Assembly (NCBI GenBank): GCA_030583665.1
Contig: CP129469.1
Coordinates: forward strand, 1,509,043 to 1,541,042
Source: Candidatus Brocadiaceae baterium WH-1
GTDB taxonomy: Bacteria; Planctomycetota; Brocadiia; Brocadiales; Brocadiaceae
Direction: 5' to 3'
DNA length: 32,000 bases
Within the stretch, counting starts at the first letter, position 1, and each line of letters opens with the position of its first letter. This document shows, piece after piece, positions 1 through 8,798 of this stretch. A program made the translations under genes and the position numbers. Below the pieces are notes generated by a model that worked only from the letters and a program-made list of their open reading frames with translations, had not been told where the DNA came from and did not search any database.

Positions 1-1424
1 TTCATCGCAATAAAGCACATGAGTACGGCGATCGGGAGTAATCCGCTGATCAGGATAGAACTCCGGAGGTGCATTACCATAACTATTACCACAATAACCG
101 TTACAAATATCTGTTGAGTCAGCGCCGTTTTTAATGTTTCCAGCGTTTCATAAATCAGGCCTGTGCGATCGTAAAAGGGTACAATCGTTACCTGACTCGT
201 ATTGACCCATTCAGGCCACTGATCACGGGGAGTGGCACGTAACCATTTTAACCATTTTTCCTGGTTAAGATCTGCACTTATAAATGCATCGAATCCATGG
301 GAAAGTGCAAAGGATCTCACTTCTTCAGGAGATACTTTTTTGTAGTCAATGACGGCTTTGGTTGGCAGGCCTGCAGAGACCTCTTTGATCTTTTCCTTGA
401 CGTTTTTAATGGCTTCCAGTGGATTAAACGCGTACCGTACAACCACAACACCGCCGGTCGCCTCCGCTCCTTCTTTGTCAAGCGCTCCACGCCGGAATGC
501 GGATCCCAAGGTAACATGAGCAACATCCCTGATATAAATAGGCACATTTTCATTGACCTTAACAACGCTCATTTCGATATCGCGGATATTTTTTATAAAA
601 CCGAGCCCGCGGATGATATATTCTACCTTGTTCACTTCTATTGTACGAGCGCCCACATCGATATTTGACATACGTACGGCCATAAAAATATCTTCCAAAG
701 TAACGCGGGCAGCCCTCATGGCGTCAGGATCAACATCTATCTGGTACTCCTGCACATAACCGCCAATCGATGCTACCTCACTGATCCCTTCTGCTGCCAG
801 CAGGTAGTACCTTACATACCAGTCCTGGATGGTGCGCAACTCATGCATATCCCATCCTCCAATGGGATTTCCGTCAGGATCACGTCCCTCGAGGGTATAC
901 CAGAATATCTGGCCTAATGCGGTGGCATCGGGTCCCATTGCAGGTGCAACACCTTCAGGCAGAATCCCAGGGGGGAGACTGCTGAGTTTTTCAAGCACCC
1001 GGCTCCTTGACCAATAGAAATCTATTTTTTCATCGAAAATGATAAAAATTGTTGAGAAACCAAACATTGAAAAACTGCGAATGGTCTTGACGCCGGGAAC
1101 GCCAAGCAGCGAAGTGGTAAGGGGGTAAGTAATCTGGTCCTCAACATCCTGTGGGGAACGTCCCTCCCATTCGGTAAAGACAATCTGCTGGTTTTCTCCG
1201 ATATCAGGTATTGCATCAACAGGAACAGGGCTGCGGGGCAGGCCGCCAATTTCCCAGTCAAAAGGGGCAACCAGTATGCCCCAGCCCACAATTCCAATTA
1301 TTATCAATACGACAACAAGCTTATTTTCCAGGCAGAAGCGGACAATCTTGTCAAGAAATGACAACTTTTCCTGAGAGGTACCAGCCGGAAGGTTCTGTTG
1401 ACTTCGTCTCTCCGAATCATTCAT
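1..1424 (-). CDS. cusA: Heavy-metal efflux RND permease, CusA/CzcA family (N-terminal ~474 codons; C-terminus lies beyond the window start)
   Basis: Absent from the ORF track because it runs off the window. My reverse-complement translation from the ATG at 1424 is uninterrupted to base 1: MNDSERRSQQNLPAGTSQEKLSFLDKIVRFCLENKLVVVLIIIGIVGWG...IPDIGENQQIVFTEWEGRSPQDVEDQITYPLTTSLLGVPGVKTIRSFSMFGFSTIFIIFDEKIDFYWSRSRVLEKL...MGPDATALGQIFWYTLEG. These are classic CusA/CzcA N-terminal and porter motifs. The start overlaps the adaptor stop (ATGAATGA). Confidence 0.9.
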   Translation of the reverse strand, partial: MNDSERRSQQNLPAGTSQEKLSFLDKIVRFCLENKLVVVLIIIGIVGWGILVAPFDWEIGGLPRSPVPVDAIPDIGENQQIVFTEWEGRSPQDVEDQITYPLTTSLLGVPGVKTIRSFSMFGFSTIFIIFDEKIDFYWSRSRVLEKLSSLPPGILPEGVAPAMGPDATALGQIFWYTLEGRDPDGNPIGGWDMHELRTIQDWYVRYYLLAAEGISEVASIGGYVQEYQIDVDPDAMRAARVTLEDIFMAVRMSNIDVGARTIEVNKVEYIIRGLGFIKNIRDIEMSVVKVNENVPIYIRDVAHVTLGSAFRRGALDKEGAEATGGVVVVRYAFNPLEAIKNVKEKIKEVSAGLPTKAVIDYKKVSPEEVRSFALSHGFDAFISADLNQEKWLKWLRATPRDQWPEWVNTSQVTIVPFYDRTGLIYETLETLKTALTQQIFVTVIVVIVMVMHLRSSILISGLLPIAVLMCFIAM

Positions 1425-3813
1425 GGTATCGATGCTCTCCATTTTCCACTTCTGGTTTGTCCTCTAAGATTATTTCTGTGCGATCAGCACATCTTAGCAT
1501 CATATGGCCAAAATAAGGGTTCCTGACATCCTCATCCCTCTGCAGCCAGGCTGCGCCCTTGCCATCCAATGCCATTGAACAGTAATGTTCATATATAGGA
1601 CCGATACCTTCCAGATTAAAGGATTTTACTATTGTGATGAGTCTGTTGGAGAGTGGGGAGAAGTTCTCCCGTAACGTTTTTATATCTTTTGACTGTCTCA
1701 TAATTCTTAGAGTATTTTCAATGGGGTAATATTCATCTGTCCAGATATGGTGCGCATCCTCGGGAAGTATTTGAACATCTATATCTTTCAGAGCGGATTG
1801 CAGATCAGGGATCGATTTCATTACCCCCTGGAAATCATCTCCGGCAAGGGCAGTCTGGAGGGTATTGTATGCATCGAAAAACCTTCCAAACTGCGTTCGA
1901 AATCCGGCAGGCACCTCAATAAGATGGGGGGGGTGCGGCAGGTGGTCAATATGGGCAGTATCGAATTGTTCCCGCACACGTTGCATATGTCTTTGGAGGA
2001 GTAGAAATACGCGGTCCGCATCTTTCAATTGTTTTACCTGACTGCCTTCTACTGCATCATTGTTCAGTAACATCGAGAATTCCCTCCACAACATCCGTGG
2101 GTGGCCGGTCAGAAGTTCCCCGTTTATTTCACGAAGGACCTTTCCCAATGACTCAAATGCACTACGTATCTGATATATATCTCTTGCCTGAATAGCAACG
2201 GAGACCGCTTCATACGCCACTTCAATCTCCCGCAATTGATTAATAAATATTGGTGGGATTCCTATGGGGACAACAGGACGTCCTTCTTCCGGCAGAGGCA
2301 TTTCCGGACCATGATGGTGCATAGCAGGAATAACCCCGCCTTCAGGCATCATCATACTCGGTTTTGCCTCAATCTGGACGGCGCTGTCAATTTTCATATT
2401 CCCGCGCGTCACAACTATTTCTCCCTCCTGCAGACCGGTCTTTACAAGATAGAAATCACCGGCGCGGGGACCCAAGACAATCTCCCGTCCCTCAAACGTA
2501 GGGAGTTCAGTATCCGGGACCTCTACATAAACTATAGCACGCGTCCCCGTCACCAGAGCGGCAGAAACAGGAATTACCAGGGGTTTGTGTATGGGTATTT
2601 CACTTACAGACGCATATCCCATTGACTCAGTAGTGACAAGTGGCATCTCACACTTGCGGCAGGTACCGGACTGATCTTCTATTACCTCCGGGTGCATCGG
2701 GCATATCCATTTTCCTGCTATAGCAGGATCTACTACACGTCCACCTTCTGCTATCTCTGCATGGACGACTCCACGTACAAACATATCAGGCTTCAATTTA
2801 CCCTCCGGGTTGGGTACATTAACGCGAACCTTAACCGTCCGGGTTACATCGTTTAATAACGGTGATATAAAGACTATTTGTCCTATAAATTTTTCACCTG
2901 GGTAGGCTTCTGTTGTAAAGGTGATCTTCTGGCCGTATCGAAGCCAGACAAGATCGGACTCATATGCATCCAGCATGACCCATAACTGACTTAAATCGGC
3001 AATTACATAAATACGGTCACCAACATTGACATAGTCTCCCTCCAGCCTGAGTTTCTCAATCACAACTCCTCCCATCGGGGCATAGATGGTTAAATGGTCA
3101 GACGGTTTGTCTCTTTCCTCTATTTCACGAATCTGATCTTCTGTTAATCCCCATAGCCGTAATCTTTCTTTCGCAGAATCAATAAGGTTAATAATTCCTA
3201 CATAATTAGCAGACCCCTTTTTTAGTTCCCGCATTGATTTCGTAGCATGGATTAATTCAGCCTGTGTTGCATATAATTCAGGACTGTATATCGAAACCAT
3301 GTGATCGCCCTGTTTTACCTCAAGACCGGCATAATCCACGAAAAGGCGGTCCAGTCTGCCAGGTATCCAGGCAGTAATGTATCCGAGCAAAGTCTCATCG
3401 AATGAAACTTTACCTACCATCCGGATCTCCGCAGTTACAAAACGCCGTTCGACAGGGGTTGTCTGAACCTTCATTAACTCACGCGCAGCCTTGCTAACGG
3501 AAATTTGGCGTAAACTTATTTCTTCTTCAACAACACGAAAGACGGGAATAAGATCCATTCCGCAAATAGGGCATTTTCCTGGTCTCGGCTGCCGGATTTG
3601 CGGATGCATCGAACAGGTCCAGAAGAGTGGTTTGTCTTCTTCAGTCTCTCTGACAGTTTCTGCTAAACCCGGTGAAGGTTTAGCTGCAGAAAAGAAAAGC
3701 CAATGAAAGAAAATACCGAAACAAAACGCCACTAAAATAAGGCCGATGGTAACTATTTTACCGTGTCTGGAGAAGAATTCCTTCCGCCAATGTGCATCAT
3801 GAAAATATTTCAT
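1417..3813 (-). CDS. cusB: RND efflux periplasmic adaptor (CusB-like membrane fusion protein), unusually long at 798 aa, with two Cys-rich metal-binding modules, a Met/His-rich linker and a DUF3347-like C-terminal domain
   Basis: N-terminal TM helix. Two modules: CSMHPQIRQPRPGKCPICGMDL and CPMHPEVIEDQSGTCRKCEMPL. HlyD-type barrel-sandwich core. PSMMMPEGGVIPAMHHHGPEM stretch. C-terminus CSMALDGKGAAWLQRDEDVRNPYFGHMMLRC is typical of DUF3347. The stop overlaps the cusA start. Confidence 0.88.
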   Translation of the reverse strand: MKYFHDAHWRKEFFSRHGKIVTIGLILVAFCFGIFFHWLFFSAAKPSPGLAETVRETEEDKPLFWTCSMHPQIRQPRPGKCPICGMDLIPVFRVVEEEISLRQISVSKAARELMKVQTTPVERRFVTAEIRMVGKVSFDETLLGYITAWIPGRLDRLFVDYAGLEVKQGDHMVSIYSPELYATQAELIHATKSMRELKKGSANYVGIINLIDSAKERLRLWGLTEDQIREIEERDKPSDHLTIYAPMGGVVIEKLRLEGDYVNVGDRIYVIADLSQLWVMLDAYESDLVWLRYGQKITFTTEAYPGEKFIGQIVFISPLLNDVTRTVKVRVNVPNPEGKLKPDMFVRGVVHAEIAEGGRVVDPAIAGKWICPMHPEVIEDQSGTCRKCEMPLVTTESMGYASVSEIPIHKPLVIPVSAALVTGTRAIVYVEVPDTELPTFEGREIVLGPRAGDFYLVKTGLQEGEIVVTRGNMKIDSAVQIEAKPSMMMPEGGVIPAMHHHGPEMPLPEEGRPVVPIGIPPIFINQLREIEVAYEAVSVAIQARDIYQIRSAFESLGKVLREINGELLTGHPRMLWREFSMLLNNDAVEGSQVKQLKDADRVFLLLQRHMQRVREQFDTAHIDHLPHPPHLIEVPAGFRTQFGRFFDAYNTLQTALAGDDFQGVMKSIPDLQSALKDIDVQILPEDAHHIWTDEYYPIENTLRIMRQSKDIKTLRENFSPLSNRLITIVKSFNLEGIGPIYEHYCSMALDGKGAAWLQRDEDVRNPYFGHMMLRCADRTEIILEDKPEVENGEHRYHE

Positions 3814-3910
3814 AGGTAACCTTTTACATTATCTTTGTTATAGATTTTTTGTATAGAAATTATTTTTTATTTAATCAGTTTATCAGTGTTCTCATGAAGC
3901 GATGCCCACA

Positions 3911-5230
3911 CTACAGGTTTGACGTAATCCCCACAGCCCTTTCAAGGTTTGCAAGATATTGTTCAAAATCTGCCAGCGCTCTGTAATAGAGAAGGGTTGA
4001 ATCTAAAAGTACCCTTACACTATCGATTAAGGTAAGAAAATCCACACGGTCTGCCTCATATCCTATCCGGGCAGATTCTAATGATTGTCTGGCATAAGGA
4101 ATAATACTTTTTTCATAGAGATTTACGGTACTTTCAGTGGATCGAATCTTAACCAAAAAATCTTTTACCTCGAATAACGTTTTGTTGTTGATAAAACGGT
4201 AATCTGAACGGGCAGCAGAAAGTTCCTCTTTTGCCTCTCTTACCCTGGAACGGTTTTTGGACCATATCCAGGGAATGTTGATCGTAACTGCTGTTTCCCA
4301 CATATTGGGCATTCCTACCATTTGCATATATTCAACCATGGGTTCAAAGTCGGTATAATAATAATCCCTCTTTGAAAGTTTTACCTTTGCTTCATTCCTT
4401 CTCACCGCATAATCAAACCTTTTTAGTTCCGGCCGGTTTTTTAAGGCAAGTCTTTCCAGGTCTGTCATCGTTAAATCCAGGGTATTTTTCTCAAATGTAC
4501 CAGGACTTCCAATGGTTGATTCGGGAGGCCTGTCTATTAAGGTATTGATAAGTGCAATAACGGATTCCCTTTGTTCGTTCAAGACGATAAGGTTATTTGA
4601 TAAGGTAGATAATTCAACCTGTGCTGCAAGCACGTCTCTCTGTGTGGTCTTGCCTGTTATATATTTGATTTCTGCTATTTTTGCAAATTTACTGAGCAAT
4701 TCCCTGTTTTCCTCTGTGATTTCAATAGCACGGTCAATGTAATAGAATTCATAAAATGTGGATTTTACAAGGGCAATAATTTCCTGTATTTTGGCCCTAA
4801 GTTCCTGTTCTGACATACGGGATTCCTCTGCGGCAACCTCACCTCTGAGGCGTAATTTACCGGGGAACGGTATCTTCTGGGATACACTGTAACGTCTTCG
4901 GTATAAATCAGTCTGGCCACCGACATTGAGAGGAAAGTTCGTATTAAACGTCCCGACTGTGATCATTGGGTCCTCCAGAGATTTAGCCTGAGAAATCACT
5001 TCTTTTGAAGCACCGAATCGCCTTTGGGCTGCAATAATCTCCGGATTATGTTCCATTGCCTCCCTGATTAACCAGGATAAGCCCAGCAGGGGAGGAGCTT
5101 CACCGGTTTTATCAACAGTGTTCTTGTTATCCGAGGGTTTCCGTGATGTGTCAATATCTTCCCGGGCAATAACCGCTGTGCCGGAGAAAAAAAACAAGAT
5201 AAGTAAACAGATATATCGCATAAATAGCAC
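3911..5230 (-). CDS. TolC-family outer membrane efflux protein (CusC-like)
   Basis: 439 aa with a signal-peptide-like N-terminus (MRYICLLILFFFSGTAVIA). Outer-membrane-efflux-protein repeat pattern. Sits directly upstream of the adaptor and RND pump on the same strand. Confidence 0.82.
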   Translation of the reverse strand: MLFMRYICLLILFFFSGTAVIAREDIDTSRKPSDNKNTVDKTGEAPPLLGLSWLIREAMEHNPEIIAAQRRFGASKEVISQAKSLEDPMITVGTFNTNFPLNVGGQTDLYRRRYSVSQKIPFPGKLRLRGEVAAEESRMSEQELRAKIQEIIALVKSTFYEFYYIDRAIEITEENRELLSKFAKIAEIKYITGKTTQRDVLAAQVELSTLSNNLIVLNEQRESVIALINTLIDRPPESTIGSPGTFEKNTLDLTMTDLERLALKNRPELKRFDYAVRRNEAKVKLSKRDYYYTDFEPMVEYMQMVGMPNMWETAVTINIPWIWSKNRSRVREAKEELSAARSDYRFINNKTLFEVKDFLVKIRSTESTVNLYEKSIIPYARQSLESARIGYEADRVDFLTLIDSVRVLLDSTLLYYRALADFEQYLANLERAVGITSNL

Positions 5231-5248
5231 CCCGTTATAAATATGTGT

Positions 5249-6229
5249 TTATGGCAATTCACAGGTTGTCATAGTACATGCTCTTGTCACGCATTCAGTT
5301 GTATCGGTATAAGGAAAAGGTCTATAAAACAATGATATACAAATTGTTATTGTAATAAAAAGCGAGAAAAGAGATGAGAGATACAAATGCGAATTCCGCC
5401 ATGAGGGAAATACAGTTTCTGATTCAAGTAACCGTCGCAACCGGTCTTCAGTAATATCTGATTTTTTGGAGAATGCTACTGAAAAGTACTGTGCATCTCG
5501 TGTATTACATTGAGATAGTTTTACCAGTGCACTTGCAAGTTCCAGAGGTTCTCCTGAAATATTTATGGCTGCATCATCAGCCGCTTTTTCAGATGCCGAT
5601 ACATAAAGGTTAATCAGGTGATTATTGACGGGAAGGAAAAAATGTATGGTCTTAAAAAGTTGCAAAATAAATAGTTTTAATGGATCCCAGCTCTTCTTAT
5701 GATGTGTTTCATGAAGGATTACCGCCAAAAGCTCCCCGGAGGTTAAATAGGAACAGATGCCTGTGGACAGGTATATTCTGGGTTTCCAAATACCCGAGGT
5801 AAAAGCGCATATTGCCTGAGAAGCATCTATAAGCACAGTTTGGCCATTGGCACATATCCCGGACAGAGCTTTTTTTAATTTTATATGATTCTTAATGGGC
5901 AGGGGGGGGATAGAATGCGTGAGGCGATAATGTAAAAAAAGAATTGAAGAGGTTTTCCGGATTGCCATAGCTATTCCAAAGGAAAATAGTACCATACAAA
6001 ACCAGGGAAATAAGGTATACAGGGTATGCAGGCTGAAAAAACATGTGAGGCAAATACCTCCACAGCAGGTAACCGCTCTGTAAGTAAACTGCGTATCTGT
6101 TACATATCTGTTGATTCCGTACAAGATCCCTGTAATTATTACCGATAGAACAGAAATATTGATGAATACTAGCAGAGCGAAATATATGCGTGCCTTTGTT
6201 TGTTGGTTCTGGAATAAGGGCAACCTCAT
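5249..6229 (-). CDS. M56-family (BlaR1/MecR1-like) membrane metalloprotease lacking a penicillin-binding sensor domain
   Basis: 326 aa, polytopic. HExxH zinc site (AVILHETHHKK) followed by SASEKAADDAA, as in the BlaR1 protease domain. Ends in the Cys-rich tail ECVTRACTMTTCELP. Starts 10 nt after the BlaI-like gene, with an AGGAAAG SD. Confidence 0.75.
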   Translation of the reverse strand: MRLPLFQNQQTKARIYFALLVFINISVLSVIITGILYGINRYVTDTQFTYRAVTCCGGICLTCFFSLHTLYTLFPWFCMVLFSFGIAMAIRKTSSILFLHYRLTHSIPPLPIKNHIKLKKALSGICANGQTVLIDASQAICAFTSGIWKPRIYLSTGICSYLTSGELLAVILHETHHKKSWDPLKLFILQLFKTIHFFLPVNNHLINLYVSASEKAADDAAINISGEPLELASALVKLSQCNTRDAQYFSVAFSKKSDITEDRLRRLLESETVFPSWRNSHLYLSSLFSLFITITICISLFYRPFPYTDTTECVTRACTMTTCELP

Positions 6230-6239
6230 TCTTCTTTCC

Positions 6240-6677
6240 TTACATTTTTTTTGTATTTAAAGATTTTCTTTTGGATTCGATTAGTCTTGAAAAATATTCT
6301 ATCTTATCAGGTTCCAGTTCCGCCACATAATCAACAAAGTGTGCCATTGCCGAGTGAAATGAAAATTCCGAAACGCCTTTCACAATCTTTTTTGATACAA
6401 GTTCTAAAAATTGTTCTTTGGTATATTCGGGACTATAAAAATAGGCCTTTCCAATCTTTCTTTTCCTAAGAAGCTTTTTTTTTACCATTCTGTTCGTAAC
6501 CGTAATAACAGTAGAATAAGAAATATCTTTGCCGATAATAAGAATATCAACGATATCTTTGATACATAATTCGCCATGTTTCCATAGGATTTCCATAATA
6601 TCTTTTTCCAGAGTTCCCAGTACCTGGTTTAATCCTTCTTTAAATGGGTTAAAATTAAATTTCAGTTTTTTGTTCAT
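6240..6677 (-). CDS. BlaI/MecI/CopY-family winged-helix transcriptional repressor
   Basis: 145 aa. N-terminal penicillinase-repressor-type wHTH (LEKDIMEILWKHGELCIKDIVDIL...YSTVITVTNRMVKKKLL). Classical pairing with the downstream M56 gene. Confidence 0.8.
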   Translation of the reverse strand: MNKKLKFNFNPFKEGLNQVLGTLEKDIMEILWKHGELCIKDIVDILIIGKDISYSTVITVTNRMVKKKLLRKRKIGKAYFYSPEYTKEQFLELVSKKIVKGVSEFSFHSAMAHFVDYVAELEPDKIEYFSRLIESKRKSLNTKKM

Positions 6678-6725
6678 AGTAATATTTTATAGTAGTAATT
6701 GAGTTTTTTAAAAAAAGCAGGGGGC

Positions 6726-6783
6726 GAAGCATTTGCCAATTTGGTTATGAAGCATTTATACCAATTTTGCGCTTATGCTTTGC
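6726..6783. repeat. Short direct/inverted repeats in the 5' leader of the blaI-like operon
   Basis: GAAGCATTTgCCAATTT (6726-6742), GAAGCATTTataCCAATTTT (6749-6768), and an inverted partial copy ATGCTTTGC (6775-6783). Confidence 0.4.
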
Positions 6784-6791
6784 ATGAAAAC

Positions 6792-6821
6792 ATTATATTC
6801 TACATAGTGTAAAATATTCAA
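6792..6821 (-). promoter_or_regulatory. Sigma70-type promoter for the blaI-like/M56/efflux operon
   Basis: The minus strand reads TTGAAT (6821-6816), an 18-nt spacer, then TATAAT (6797-6792), about 115 nt upstream of the blaI-like ATG. Confidence 0.55.
6801..6811. promoter_or_regulatory. Candidate BlaI/CopY-type operator dyad TACA-N3-TGTA inside the promoter spacer
   Basis: TACATAGTGTA is a perfect TACA/TGTA inverted repeat lying between the -35 and -10 hexamers above. BlaI/MecI/CopY operators are built on TACA/TGTA dyads, although the canonical cop box has a 2-nt centre. Confidence 0.4.
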
Positions 6822-6931
6822 GGATATTTTTTCTGTTTTATGTTTAGCTTGATTCGGTATTTTAATTTTGTTATGTTAGGTTGTTCGCCGATTTACTTTA
6901 ATACGGTCAATCATAAAGAAAGGGGAAAAAC

Positions 6932-7855
6932 GTGAGAATACTGGTAACGGGCGGCGCGGGTTTTATCGCATCTCATTTGGTAGACAGGTTAATTACGGAT
7001 GGTCATCAGGTAATTGTGGTGGATAATCTCTCTGCAGGGAAAAAAGAGAATGTTAACCCTCATGCGCAATTTTATCCCGTAGATATCTGTGATGCAGCAG
7101 CCTTGGAAGAGGTTTTCAGGAAAGAAAGGCCGGAGATTGTAAATCATCATGCCGCTCATGTTAACGTTCGCAAATCGGTGGAGATGCCTGTCTATGACGC
7201 AAATATAAATATTTTAGGTTCTTTAAATCTCTGTGAATTATCAAAAAAATATGAGATTAAGAAATTTATCTATGCATCAACTGGTGGCGCTGTCTATGGT
7301 GAACCACTGGATTTGCCGGTTAAAGAAACATATCCAGTTGAACCTCTTTCTCAATATGGGGTGAGCAAACACACCGTAGAGCATTACTTATTGGTTTTTT
7401 ATAAATTATATGGTTTAAATTTTACGATCCTGCGGTACCCGAATGTATATGGCCCAAGACAATCTCCTCATGGCGAAGCGGGAGTTATTGCAATATTTAG
7501 CGAGTTGATTCTTCAGAGGAAACGCCCTGTTATTTTCGGTGACGGCACGAAAACAAGGGATTATGTATATGTTGACGATATTATAGCAGCAAATTTACTT
7601 GTCATGGATTCGTTAGGAAAAGGGGGGATTTATAATCTGGGATGGGGAAAGGAAATTTCCGATCTGGACGTATTCCTGACAGTCAAAAGGGCGCTTAAGT
7701 CGGAGATTGAGCCTGTATTTAGTCAAAAAAGACCAGGGGAGATCGATCATATAAGCCTGGACAGTTCAAAAGCAACAAAAGAACTCAATTGGAGACCGAA
7801 AGTCACTTTTGAAGAGGGGGTTAAACGCGCCACACACTATTACCAGAATTTATAG
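6932..7855 (+). CDS. NAD-dependent nucleotide-sugar epimerase/dehydratase (UDP-glucose 4-epimerase-like)
   Basis: 307 aa with a GTG start. Rossmann motif VTGGAGFIASHL, an SDR YxxxK (YGVSKHTVE), and extended-SDR length. Confidence 0.8.
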   Translation: MRILVTGGAGFIASHLVDRLITDGHQVIVVDNLSAGKKENVNPHAQFYPVDICDAAALEEVFRKERPEIVNHHAAHVNVRKSVEMPVYDANINILGSLNLCELSKKYEIKKFIYASTGGAVYGEPLDLPVKETYPVEPLSQYGVSKHTVEHYLLVFYKLYGLNFTILRYPNVYGPRQSPHGEAGVIAIFSELILQRKRPVIFGDGTKTRDYVYVDDIIAANLLVMDSLGKGGIYNLGWGKEISDLDVFLTVKRALKSEIEPVFSQKRPGEIDHISLDSSKATKELNWRPKVTFEEGVKRATHYYQNL

Positions 7856-7867
7856 TAAGGAGAAAAG

Positions 7868-8368
7868 ATGCATTGGTACTTTACGGTATTAAAGAACTAT
7901 GCACTGTTTGGTGGCCGGGCATGCCGCAGGGAATTCTGGATGTTTATGCTCATCAACTGGCTTATTGTCTTTGCCTTGGGGACAATTAATGGAATAGCCA
8001 CGTCAGCGGAGAAACATTATAGTGCATACCCTGGTATTCTGAGCAGAGGCTCTTCGGTGGTGTTCGGCCTGTATAATCTGGCTGTTTTAATTCCGGCAGT
8101 TGCGGTATCGGTACGGCGGCTTCACGACACCAACCGTAGCGGATGGTGGATGCTTCTTGTTCCGGCCCCTCATATAACCCTAGCTCTTGCCCTTCTGACA
8201 CACAGGATACCGGAACCAGGTGGCAGCCTTTCGTCATCTTCTGTTATCTTGCTATCCCTCACTCTTCTTGCTTTCATTTCACAAATCGTTTTGCTTATTT
8301 TTATGGTTCAGGACAGTCAGCCAGGCGTGAACAGATACAGTCCAAATCCTAAAATTAGTACTTTATGA
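7868..8368 (+). CDS. DUF805-family inner membrane protein
   Basis: 166 aa. N-terminal GRACRREFWMF and RRLHDTNRSGWW signature motifs of DUF805 (YhaH/YhaI-like), plus several TM helices. Confidence 0.75.
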   Translation: MHWYFTVLKNYALFGGRACRREFWMFMLINWLIVFALGTINGIATSAEKHYSAYPGILSRGSSVVFGLYNLAVLIPAVAVSVRRLHDTNRSGWWMLLVPAPHITLALALLTHRIPEPGGSLSSSSVILLSLTLLAFISQIVLLIFMVQDSQPGVNRYSPNPKISTL

Positions 8369-8621
8369 AAAAGCGCCAGGAAGATGACTTCCGATACCTT
8401 ATCCAGAAGATGGATACCGATATTGGCCAGCTAAGAACCGAGGTTAAAGGTGAGACAGGGCAGTTAAGAACCGAAATTGGGCAGTTGAGAAATGAGATAG
8501 GGCAGTTAAGAATGAGTTAAAAAGCGAGACAGGCCAATTGCGGACTGAAATTGGTGCTATCAGTCAACGGATAGATACGATCATTCAGATGTTAATGACC
8601 ATCAGGCAGGATCAGAAATAA
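8365..8621 (+). pseudogene. Small heptad-repeat coiled-coil protein interrupted by a single-base frameshift
   Basis: The ATG at 8365 overlaps the DUF805 stop (ATGA). Frame 1 gives MKKRQEDDFRYLIQKMDTDIGQLRTEVKGETGQLRTEIGQLRNEIGQLRMS* (stop 8518-8520). The -1 frame continues (N)ELKSETGQLRTEIGAISQRIDTIIQMLMTIRQDQK* (stop 8619-8621). AGAATGAG at 8509-8516 reads AGAAATGAG in the preceding repeat unit, so one A is missing. Confidence 0.6.
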
Positions 8622-8698
8622 ATTCAACAGGTACATTACAGGCATCATAACGCTTGCTACTTCACTTTTATAAATTTCCGATTTTGTTTTTGGTAACA

Positions 8699-8728
8699 GT
8701 AGGGGGCAGGTTTGAAACCAGCCCCTAC
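8699..8728. repeat. Hairpin repeat GTAGGGG..GGTTTGAAACC..CCCCTAC between the convergent frameshifted gene and rpsI
   Basis: GTAGGGG (8699-8705) pairs with CCCCTAC (8722-8728), with an inner GGTTTGAAACC palindrome. A half copy GTAGGGGCTGGTTTGAAACCC occurs at 10430-10450. No flanking U-tract, so this is not a canonical terminator. Confidence 0.6.
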
Positions 8729-8798
8729 AAAAAATACCATCCATTGCAAGGGTTCCAGGAAAGTTACCTTATTATCAAGGTATATTGTTGAACAACAA

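Noticed and set aside
297-1516. Six short ORFs in the track (297-668+, 317-565-, 553-759+, 829-1017+, 1022-1297-, 1211-1516+)
   Set aside because: All lie inside or out of frame with the uninterrupted minus-strand CusA-like frame (1424 to 1), which has strong family motifs. Their sequences are low-complexity with no recognisable motifs.
5902-5909. G8 homopolymer (also G8 at 15951-15958 and G7 near 11447) as phase-variation tracts
   Set aside because: Each simply encodes Pro-Pro(-Pro) in an intact reading frame of a housekeeping-type gene. None is near a start codon or in a surface or restriction-type contingency gene. They are worth remembering only as sequencing-error-prone sites.
8420-8560. 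21-nt tandem periodicity that could be mistaken for a CRISPR or VNTR array
   Set aside because: The units are contiguous with no spacers, are in frame, and encode a GQLRxEI heptad coiled coil. The periodicity is explained by coding repeats.
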